64,000 bases of DNA from contig NW_024704743.1 of assembly GCF_018977255.1 (NCBI RefSeq), forward strand, positions 80,912,001 to 80,976,000. Direction: 5' to 3'. Of the stretch, positions 36,893 through 47,215 are shown piece after piece. Numbering within the stretch: the stretch's first letter is position 1; every line of letters begins with the position of its first letter. The notes beneath the pieces were generated by a model. The model was not told where the DNA came from. It did no database searches and was given only the letters and a program-made list of their open reading frames with translations. The position numbers were made by a program, and so were the translations under genes. The DNA is from Callorhinchus milii (taxonomy: Eukaryota).

Positions 36893-37566
36893 AAGGGCTA
36901 ATGGGTCTTTTTCAGAATACTTTCCACACTTTGTTACTGATCCTGGCTATAGTTCTGTCTGCAGATGGTTGTAGCATAAGGCCAGAATCTTCTGGGAAAA
37001 ACGATAGGAACTGAGTTTCCTCATGCCAGGAATGTTGATGATACATAAGGGAAATTGTTAGTAGTCGATATAAAAAATGTTTAAAGCTTTATTTGGCACC
37101 GAGATAGGCGCAAATTGTCTGGTAAAATCAGAACTTGCTATATGCTCGTTTCTTGAGGCCTTTACGGATCTTGAAGAAACCTTCCTACAGGTATCTGAAG
37201 GATAACATGACAGCTGAGGGTTAAACACATCCAAGTGGAAAACTGGATAGGTGGTGAAGAGCATCAGTACGTTAAGGTTAAAGGAGAATTCAGCTCGGGT
37301 TTAGGCAGAAATATCACAGCTGACCTTCAATAAATGTAGATAAATATTTGGTAGAATGCAAATAGCACACAAGGTTTTATATAAATATTTATATTATAGG
37401 AACATTGAATTCAAAAGTGAAGAGGTTTATCAGAGACATAATCTTTTGAAGCCACGTCAGTTGTACAGTTTAAAACGGAATTAGAGAGGCACTTGAAAAA
37501 CAGAATTTAAAAAGGGCGTGTGGAAAAAGCAAGGATGAGATTAGAGTAGATACCTCCACAGGGTAT

Positions 37567-38273
37567 TGTAGGATTTCTGTAATTAATGTGTTAAATAATA
37601 TTATATTTGCTATGTTAATATATATTTGAAACATATGATCATTTCTCATATGAGGGGAGCTGGTTGTGACTAGCTTCGAAGATGATCCTTGCTCAAGGAG
37701 GAGAAACAAAAGACTGTTTATCAACAACAAACTGTTTTCATTCCTTAGCAGTCATTTTCTCATGGAAAAATGGTCTACAACTGGAGAGAGAACTATGTTA
37801 CATTTGTTTTTACAAATTAACCATCTTGCAAAAGACAATAGGTGAACGGTCACCAAATCAACAGTATAAACAGAGATCGATTCAGAAGAGAAAGGGAGAA
37901 GGAAGAAATTGGAACTTGGAGTCGCAAACCATATTCCAACAACACTAAACATACAATAATACCTGAATACTTTTGGGTGATATCGAGCTGGAAACCATCC
38001 AACAATATTTGGATACCTTTTGAGGATTTATATTTGGATTCAAATGGGACATTAAATTGGACATTGCTCCTCTATCTCTCCCACAGCATTTGTTTTGGTC
38101 AACTTAAATCATTGTGAACGACAGTATATGTGGATATGTGAGCATAATTAGATGTATTCTTTTAATTACTTATAACTATTATTAATCTGAATTAATAAAC
38201 CTTGATTAATTGTATAACATTTGTATCAGTCCTTACTTCACCACAGGGTCATCAAAATAAATTAACCCTTACA
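37567..38273 (+). repeat. 5' LTR
   Basis: Begins TGTAGGATTTCTGTAATT and ends CCCTTACA. Colinear with 44753-45365. AATAAA at 38194. Confidence 0.93.
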
Positions 38274-38274
38274 T

Positions 38275-38292
38275 TGACACCTAAACAGGGAT
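38275..38292 (+). promoter_or_regulatory. Primer-binding site, tRNA-Lys(UUU)-like, decayed
   Basis: TGACACCTAAACAGGGAT lies 1 nt after the 5' LTR. It differs from the Lys3 PBS TGGCGCCCGAACAGGGAC only by five transitions, three of them at CpG positions. Confidence 0.75.
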
Positions 38293-38393
38293 CCTGTTGT
38301 GTTTGAAGTGGGATAAATACAAATATTTAATATCATTTAGAAATCAAGTATTGATGTAATTTAATAAGTTACGTTTAGTGAGTTGGAGATTGT

Positions 38394-40134
38394 TTGTTGG
38401 TGTATACTGATGGGGTGGAGTTAATTATACTGAGACATGGCATTTATCCGGCTGGCCAATATTATGTGTTGTATAATTGGATATATTATCAGATATTGTC
38501 TGATTCCATTTTGTGGCTAATGATCACAGGGACATTCATTTACTTCATTGGCTCTATCCTCTGCTTTCTCATTTACTTGTTTATTGACAAGAAAAAATGT
38601 GTTAGAGGGGCAGAAGTCAAAGTGAGAGAACTTGAATCTCAGAATGCCCTGGCTAGAGAGGCAGAAGTCAAAGAGAGAGAACTTAAACTTTGGAATGCTT
38701 TGGCTGAGAGGGATACAGAAATTCAATTATACCGAGATACCATCACCGAGATTAGATATATTATGAAAAAAGAGCACGAGGAGCTTTTAGAGGACACATC
38801 AACAAGTGACACTTCAATTGAGACATGTGGAAGGCTTTGTGATGTCTTAAAAAAAAGGGATAGTGAAGGTTAGCGAACCTAAAGCTCACCTGGAATTGAA
38901 AGAAACTCCAATGCAGTTTAAACAAGCAGAGATAAAGGAGTTGAAACTGGTTAGTTATCAACGAGAAGTATATGAGTTAAGGGATGTTCTAGAAAAGGCA
39001 CAAAATAGGGAAAACAAAAAGAAAAAACCTTTGCCATTGCATCCAGTCATTCAAAAAAAAGTGAAGGGTGAGGGCGATGTGGAGCAAGAGTTAGCAAGAG
39101 TGAGAATACCATACAAAACACTGCAGCTACAAGGGATGGCAAATTTGATGGAGAATGAGATGTAATCTTGTTGTTGTTGTCATTTCAACGAGGTAAGATG
39201 TATAGCAATACGGAATACATGTGATGTCACAGAACATTTTGGTTTATTAGTAGATACATTGTCTACATCAATTTTTAATACCTTACCATTAGACATGAAA
39301 TATGGGAAAGGCAATCTAAACGACTTAAAAAGAAACATTTGAAATACTGTAGGATATGATAGAGGAGATCCCCGTAGAGTGTTGCACAAGCGTAGGCAGA
39401 CACCAGACAAACATCCCAAATGTTACATACTCAGATTATGGGAAGCATTCAATTGAACATTTGGTTCAGGACTAGATCATAGTGATCTGGATCAATTTAC
39501 CGAAAGGTGGCACAGAGTGATTATTAGCCAATCCCTACTATCTTATAAGGCTAATTTTGAAGAAACCTGGGCTAGGGAAAATGAGGACCATAATGAGAAA
39601 TGGATTACAAAGAAAATGATAATGAAGTGGGAGGCAAGACAGGGTGAGAAAGAAAATTTAGAAAGTCATAAAGTAGCCACATTAGTGGAAAATAAACCTA
39701 AAGAGGTGTGGAAAAATAGGGATGTTTGCAGAAAGGTAAGAGACAGACAAATTTCCATGGCAAAGAAAAGGAAGAAACTGTAGGTGCAAAGACACGAGTG
39801 GTTTGTTACCACTGTGGGAGCCCGGGACATTTCAGGTCTGAGTGTAAAGAAATAGAATGCAAAACGTGTGGTAAAAAGGGACATATTAGTCCTGATTGTA
39901 GATCCAAAATAGTATATCAGAATTGTGGTAAAATATTGTAGACACGAAGAGAAAAGTGCTGGTTTGGATCTAAAAGACATGATAGGACAAATGAATTCAG
40001 AGTTCGGAGAGCTGCAAACTGAAATGAAAGCTTTTCAAAGCCAGGCAACTGTGGTCCCTGGTGTTCTTCCGATGTATAACGTACAAGAAGGAGATAGAGT
40101 TCATGGGGCCATTCAGAGACCTCCACTGAGATAA
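38394..40134 (+). pseudogene. gag: gag-like region (N-terminal hydrophobic segment, coiled coil, CCHC zinc knuckles), frameshifted
   Basis: ORF fragments 38394-38873, 38863-39165, 39517-39783, 39726-39941 and 39925-40134. Contains CYHCGSPGHFRSEC and CKTCGKKGHISPDC (CX2CX4HX4C). Confidence 0.8.
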
Positions 40135-42680
40135 TGTGCCCAGTAGAAATTGATAATCATGGAAGACCATGTATTAATGTTGCGATAGGAGGTCATTATA
40201 AACTATTTTTATTGGACACTGGTGCCTCTCGAACTGTTATATATGAAAAAATCCACAAAATTCTCAGTTTGCATCTAAAACAGTTACTCAATTAGGTGGG
40301 TTTACAGGCAATTGTCACCTTTATGCTTTATTACAAAAACATGCTGAATGGAATTGTTCGCCAGCCTGTACTGAAGTAGTACAAAAATTAAAACAAGCTT
40401 TAGCGTCAGTGCCAGAAAGGGAAGCATCTTTTTATTTAGAAGTAGCAGCCACAGATTTCGCTATTTCAGCAGTTTTATTACAGCAGAAGCATAATAAACC
40501 GTGTCCAATATCATACGTATCCAGAGTATTGACTCCTGTAGAATAAAATTTTTAAAAATGTGAAAACATTTATTAGTCACTTTTTGGGTTTACAACATTT
40601 TGAATACATTGTTGGTTTATCACCTATGATTTTGTAAACCAATCACCTCCCGACAGAATTGCTTTAAGATGGTCGATTAAAAGATGGATTAGAATCAAAT
40701 GTCCATCTGGTTCGATGGACTTTGTTGTTACAAGGACGAGACAACAACAACAAGATTACGTTTGTATAGTGCCTTTCATGTCGGGAGGACGTCCCAAGGC
40801 GCTGGAGACATTACGATTAAACATTCCACTGCTCTGCCATTTTGGGCTAACAATTTGCTATATGAAGGAGATACTCATTATTGTGACATAAATAGTCCAA
40901 CTTATCTGAAGGGTCCATTCAAGGCGATTGAAATTCCACAATCCATTACTGTCTATGTCGATGGTTCTATTTCAGTAGTGGAGGGGGCAAGGCAAACTGG
41001 ATTGGGATTTATGTTCCACAAATGGATTTAAAAGTAGGAATTTCTTTACCTGATCACTGGTCAGCACAGGGGGTAGAATTAGCTGCAATCGCATATGTTT
41101 TGCAGAACATCGTCATGTATCCATTACCAATTACTAACTATTCGGATTCCATGTATGTATGTAATTCACTTACAGCGTATCTGCCAATATGGAAGGTGAG
41201 GGGGTTTGTATCGGTAGATGGGAAACCACTCCCTTCTGGAAAATTACTGCAAGCTATTATTAAATTGGCTTTACCATATGAGTCTCAAATTGCAATTCAA
41301 AACGTCAAGGCGCACAAAAAGAATATACCTCATGCAAAAGGTAATAACAGGGCAGATAAATTGGCAAGGAAAGGGGCTACCAGTGACACAAAATGGGATC
41401 CAGCCATATTGTACCAATCTCTGGAACAAGTGGCCACAATAATCTCACAAGAAAAACCTGTAGATTCAAAATGTGCCCAAGAGACTGTTGTGGAAATAGT
41501 ACAAACTATTAAAGCTCTAAATTCAAAATAAGCCATGAGTAATCAATATTCAAGACATGTATCAACTTTAAGAGAAACATGTGGTTTCTTGTTTTATAAA
41601 GATTTGTGGGCGGTTCCGATAATGTTTCAGAATGATTTCTTACAACAAATACATGATGTGCCAACGTCTGGACATCAATCCAGTGCTACTACACTAGAGT
41701 GATGACAACAAATAGCCTGGTGGCCAAAATGTACAGAAGATGTAAAACGTTACTGTGAAAATTGCCAAATGTGTGCACAAATTAACCCTGATTTAAATTT
41801 AAAGGAAGCATTGTTGAAACATACTAGGTCAGTAGAGGGGTCCGTGGACACAATTGCAAATTCATTTTATTGGTCCACTTCCTCCTACATTTCATAACAA
41901 TTGTTATGTATTAGTGGTAGTTGACAACTTCACTATGGGTTAAAGCGTTTCCAATGTCTCATAATACTGCATAAGCTACAGCAAAAATTTTAGTGAATCA
42001 TATATTCACTCGATGGGGCCTTTCAGTAGCTATTGATTCGGATCAAGTGTCTCACTTTACAGGAAAGGTGATGGGATGTGCAATGCAGTTGTTAGGAATT
42101 ACACAGAAATTCCATGTTGCATATCATTCTCGATCATCGGGAAGAGTGAAACGTATAACCCAAACTCTAAAAATCATGTTGTGCAAATTTATCACTGAAA
42201 AGGTAAAATGTTGGGATTAATTGTTACCATTTGTGCTGATGGCAATCAGATCAATACCTTCTCAGACAACATTTTCACCATTTGGGAAATGACAAGGAGA
42301 TTAATGCGTACATCAGAACATCTATGGTTCACTGATATGTCAGATCCTGAAATTCAGGCTGTGACACATGAACAATATGCAAGGCAATTGTATATACATT
42401 TGAAAGAAATACATTTGTTTTCTGCATCAAACATTGTCTGTTCTAAACAGGCAAATGCTATGTACTTTGATCAAAAAGCAAAACTGGTAGAGTGGGAAAT
42501 TGGTCACCAGGTTATAATAAAAAAGCTATGATCTAAAGGGACCATTCTCCCCTCGATATGCTGGATCACACTATATTGTGGATAAAGCAAGTGCTTCAGT
42601 GTATCGGTAGCCAGTACTACCAAGAAGAATGCTCGTCCAAAGTGGTATCACTGCAATCGACTAAAATTGTATAAAAGCAG
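40134..42680 (+). pseudogene. pol: pol remnant: aspartic protease, RT thumb/tether, RNase H, integrase
   Basis: Protease FLLDTGASRTVI (DTG at 40215). Tether FYLEVAATDFAISAVLLQ...PISYVSRVL. RNase H VYVDGS / SAQGVELAAI / YSDSMYV / VKAH..GNNRADKLA. Integrase HDVPTSGH...CENCQMC, IFTRWGLSVAIDSDQVSHFTG, YHSRSSGRVKR. Many stops and frameshifts. Confidence 0.9.
40744..40804 (-). mobile_element. 61-bp L2 3'-terminal module inserted in ERV pol, with GAGACA TSD
   Basis: GAGACA at 40738-40743 and 40805-40810. Removing the insert restores the pol frame LLLQGRDITIKH. Confidence 0.88.
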
Positions 42681-44752
42681 TGATGATGAACCTGATTGGA
42701 ACCCTGCTTTGCAGAATGTAAAACTCATGTGTGTGTTAAGTGATTATCCAAAAAGAAGTGAATACCTTCACATTTGGGATGATGTTGTTACACCTTTTGA
42801 GGAAGGTCAGTTGAGGAGAGGATCTGAAGAGTCACTACATTGACCATTGAGATCTGTTCATTCATCAGAAGATGTAAGTACAGAGGTCGCAACGACATCA
42901 ACAGCAGTAGATCAGGGAGGAATAAAATCTTGGTTAAGAAGTAGAATGAGAGAAAAAACTAAAGAACAGAAGGCATGGATATGATCAACATCCCAGTAAG
43001 AGAAAGAAAAAGACAAAAGGACACTAAGGTTCATTGTAAAAATCAATAAATAGGAGATTACTGAAATCCCCCCGAACAAAACGGGGAGGATAATTTAACT
43101 TTTCTTTTTATGTTATAATGGAAAAAGCATGGGAAAAAGAATGATGGAAAGGCAATTGAAAAATAAATTAATTTTGATAATATAATTTTAAAAAATGGTA
43201 ACTAGTTTAAAAGTAATAATCAGAGGTTTTTTTTGAAAATTCATAGAATACAAACAGAAGTCAGGGGCATTTACATTCTATATATAGCACCCGGCTGTGA
43301 ATCAGTTTTATTCAAAATTAGTGTAAAAACACATAAACTTAACTGTCTCTAAAACTGGTTGAAAAAAATTTATTTCAAATTTGCTCACAAGTGAGCAAGG
43401 TCAATTCAGACCTGATTTGGTGTGATCCAACAACACCAACTGCTGAGGTTTAAAAACATATTTTGGCTACAGAAAATATTCTGACAAACATTCTAAAAAC
43501 AAAAATTCAAGGAAACAAAATGTGATGGCAATTGGCCAGTCAAAGCTCAAGGTAAATTTAAACAAGATTAAATTGAAAAAAACAAATTGATCTCTAAATT
43601 CATATAACAGACATGATAAGTTTCCTAGGTCTCTATGGGGTATGTTGTGACTCTTTGAATGAATATTTGGGGAAGTCCAGCAGTCACAGCATGAGTTTGA
43701 GGCCACTCTGCATATTATTGGTTGACTCAGGGGCCTCCCTGACTATTCTTTGAAAAGAGCAATCCGAACATTCACAATGGTCCTCAGCTAAAGTTTTTCC
43801 CCACAGGAGGTTGTGATTGAATGGTCCATGTGTATACCTGAGCACAAGATATTAACCTTTTTAAATTGTGTAAAAGACGTTAGTATGGAATTTAGCGTAA
43901 GCTAGTAGCAATTAAAGTTTGCAAAAAAGCAAGTAAACAAAGTGAAAGTTGTCTTTATATGTTCATGTAATTTATGTGTTAAAAAAAGAGGACCGTGGTG
44001 ACTTTGCTCTGCACGCAGAGTATCGCCACATCCCAACCATATTCCATAAGTTTTGGATTAGTTTAAAGTACCGGATTGTCATGGGTCTGACTTTGCTCTG
44101 GACGCAGAGTATAAGCCAGATCCTACTCAAGTTCCATATGTACTGAATAATAGCAAGGGAAAAGATAAACAAAGTGAGCAATAGTTAAAGAATATGGGGG
44201 TCTGCATAGAATTACAGATACGAACAAATAATTTGGGACATGTAATGCAAGCTCGAAACGACAGGGTAGAGTAACCATTGATATAAGAGAGAAAGTTAAT
44301 AATTTTCTAATCATAATGTTAAATATATTCACATTTTAGTAGTTTTAATTGATATAATTGTTACAGTGTCAATTATCTTAATATTACTTGATTTATTCTG
44401 ATTTATTTTATGTATCATTTATTTTGTGTATTCCAGTATTTAATCAAAGAAGTGTGCCCATAAAAAAAGGAACACCCACCGAAGTGATATTTAATTTTTT
44501 GTGGTAATACAATTTAAGTATGATCTTGTTAGTTTTTTATTTATATAATTATTAATAATGATTTACTGTAATTGTTGGGAAAAAACTGATGTAAAATGTT
44601 TTTTATGAACACTTAAGAATCATAAAAAATGTTAAAATAGGTTGGAGATCGAATGTGGTGAGAGAGATGGAGCAGAATGGTACTGATTTTACATTAATTA
44701 CAATAATAAAAGTGGGTTTAAGTCTGTAACCTTAACCCATTTCAGGGTGGAC

Positions 44753-45365
44753 GGTAGGATTTCTGTAATTAATGTGTTAAATAATATCTCAATTTATATT
44801 TGCGATGTTTATATATATATTTGAAACATATGATCAATCTCATATGAGGGGAGCTGGTTGTGACCGGCTTCGAAGATGATCCTTGCTCAAGGAGGAGAAA
44901 CAAAAGACTGTTTATAAACAACCAACTGTTTTCATTCCTTATCAGTCATTTTCTCATGGAAAAGAAGAGAAAAGAAAGGGAGAAGGAAGAAATTAGAACT
45001 TGGAGTTGTGAACCATATTCCAGCTTCTAAACAAGGAAGATCAAGAATACGATTTTAAACAACACTAAACGTATATCGAACTGGAAACCATACAAAAATA
45101 GTTGGATACCTTTTAAAGACTAATATTTGGATTCAAATGGGACATTAAATTGGACATTGCTCCTCTATCTTTCCCACAGCATTCGGTTTGGTCAACTTAA
45201 ATCGTTTGAACTACAGTATATGTGGATATGTGAGCATAATTGGACGTATTATTTTAATTACTTATAACCATTATTAATTTGAATTAATAAACTTTGATTA
45301 ATTGTACAACATTTGTGTCAGTCCTTACTTCACTGCAGGGTCATGAAAATAAATTAACTCTTACA
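44753..45365 (+). repeat. 3' LTR
   Basis: Begins GGTAGGATTTCTGTAATT (first base mutated) and ends CTCTTACA. Preceded by purine-rich AGGGTGGA (short PPT) and followed by the GTAT TSD. Confidence 0.93.
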
Positions 45366-45419
45366 GTATCAAGCATAGTAAACGCTTAATAATAATACTG
45401 CTTGTATTTTTAAAAAACA

Positions 45420-45552
45420 GAGCATTAGGGGATATGGAGATAGGGCAGGTAATTAGAGTTAGGTCAGAAGATCAGCCATGATCTTATCGAATGGCGGGGC
45501 AGGCTCGAGGGGCCAGATGGCCTACTCCTGCTCCTAATTCTTATGTTCTTAT
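45420..45552 (+). mobile_element. CR1 LINE 3' end
   Basis: GATCAGCCATGATCTTATCGAATGGCGGGGCAGGCTCGAGGGGCCAGATGGCCTACTCCTGCTCCTAATTCTTATGTTCTT, typical of cartilaginous-fish CR1 tails. Confidence 0.85.
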
Positions 45553-45835
45553 TTGATATAGTGCCTTATCATGTCGTCAAGTCATCTCAAAGCACTTCAC
45601 ATGATTTTACTTTAAAGTGGAGTGACTCTGTGTATCTTGTGGGCGAATGCTCACACTATGTGCACAGCAATGAGCCACAAACAGCTATGGGGTGAGTGAC
45701 CAATTTTATTTTGGGAGATTGTTGGCCAGGACACTGGGAGAAACTCCCTTCTCTATTTCGATAGTACTATGGGGTCTTTAACATCCAACTGAACAGGCAG
45801 ATGGCACATCAATTTAACATCTCACCCGAAGGACA
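45553..45835 (-). mobile_element. Older Deu-domain SINE fragment
   Basis: TTGTTGGCCAGGACAC...TTTAACATCCA...TTTAACATCTCACCCGAAGGACAG. Confidence 0.72.
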
Positions 45836-46654
45836 GATAGTGGGCCAAATGGCCTCCTGTTGAAATGTCTATCTTTGTCACGTCAGCACTCAAATGCAGT
45901 TGTCTAAACTATTACACTGGAGTAGTTGCTAAGTAATGCAATTGTTGAGAAAAATGGAATTAAGCTGAAGGACTGAACATTTGCAATATATGCTTCAAAA
46001 TATCGTGCAGTAAATAAAACTTCTCAGTCGACCACTATGGCATCAATTCCCACAGCACATAATTAAATGACATTTACCATACTGTTTTGAACCAGCTTCT
46101 TGTGCTTACTTTGGCCAACTTTCAAAGTTGACATCATATTCTTCTTGATTTATAAAGCTGCTCATGGTATTGGGGCACACGGGCTTTGTAAGTGTAAAAT
46201 GAAGCTTGCGTGTCTAACTCGAAGCAACAGTTCAAGTGAAGCCACCATCATCTGCGTTGCAGCTTGTCCGGACCACAGACCTGCAGTAATAAAACCATTG
46301 CGTAGAAACATAAAATACAAAACATTGTGTTGGTTTAATTCTTTGTCTTCACATGTTTGAGTTTTAAATTTATTAATAATAATAATAACAATCCTTACAT
46401 TTTGAATTGCGATTTTCACATTGGATAAACTATGCTCTGAGACACTGTCTGGCGTGAAGGGCACTATATAAATCCAAGTTGTTGTTATACCATAAAGTGC
46501 AGTGACTATGTGTTTTGTGGGTGAACGTGGCAGCTAATTTGTGCATAGCAATGGAGGAATTAAAATAAGTTTGCTAATCTTTTGTAACAATTATTTTTCT
46601 AGAATTGTTTTAGTGGATTCTTTTTCTTTTCAAAATAGATCACAAAACATAATT

Positions 46655-47215
46655 AGAAGTCGCTGGGAACACTCAGCAGGTCAGGCAACATCTATGGAGA
46701 AAGGAAAGTGAATCAACGTCTCGGGTCCACGACCCTTCGTCAGAACTAGGGCATGTTGGGAGGGAAAGGCTTTTAAGGGCTAACAGAGAGGGGGAGGCAG
46801 GGCAACGAAGACAAAGGAGAAAATGGGGTAGAGGACAGGGGATGATGAGTTAAAGAGGTGTTAATGATGCAAAACAAAGATGGGGATTGCAACAAAACAG
46901 CCAGACCAGAGAGAGAAAAGGTGTGTCTGGGACCCAGATGAATGGTCACAGAAGAGGGGGAGGGGGAAGGTGAGCTGTTATAGCCTGAAATTGTTGAAAT
47001 CAATATTGAAGCCAGAGGGCTGTAAGGTCTCTAGTAGATAGATGAGGTGCTGTTCCTTGAGCTTGCGCTGTGGCTCATTGGAACAGCGTAGGAGACCATG
47101 GATGGTGTGCGAGTGGGAGGGAGTGCGAGTGGGAGGGAGAGTTGAAGTGGCAAGAGACTGGAAGCTCAGGGTTGTGCTCGCGGACAGAATAGAGGAGACA
47201 ACATCGTGAGCAGCA
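46655..47215 (-). mobile_element. Penelope-like element 3' fragment (GIY-YIG C-terminus + pLTR)
   Basis: Minus strand reads ...PELPVSCHFNSPSHS...GLLRCSNEPQRKLKEQHLIYLLETLQPSGFNIDFNNFRL*, followed by the terminal motif TCTGACGAAGGGTCGTGGACCCGAGACGTTGA. Confidence 0.85.

Larger units (their letters stand above)
37567..45365 (+). mobile_element. Degenerate endogenous retrovirus-like LTR element (gag-pro-[RT deleted]-tether-RNase H-IN-3' region)
   Basis: Paired LTRs (TG...CA), 4-bp TSD GTAT (37563-37566 and 45366-45369), Lys-type PBS, CCHC knuckles, DTG protease, two RNase H-like domains, HHCC integrase. Confidence 0.93.

Noticed and set aside
43770..43830. Ig C1-set motif (C.A.GF.P..V.I.W) in the ERV 3' region
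   Set aside because: Requires assuming two small deletions, and the same bases could equally be the flap region following the DSGAS motif. Not supportable on its own.
37567..45365. Classification as an intact or active element, or as a bona fide foamy virus
   Set aside because: The RT core is deleted and all ORFs are disrupted. CCHC knuckles and a Lys3-type rather than Lys1,2-type PBS argue against a typical foamy virus.
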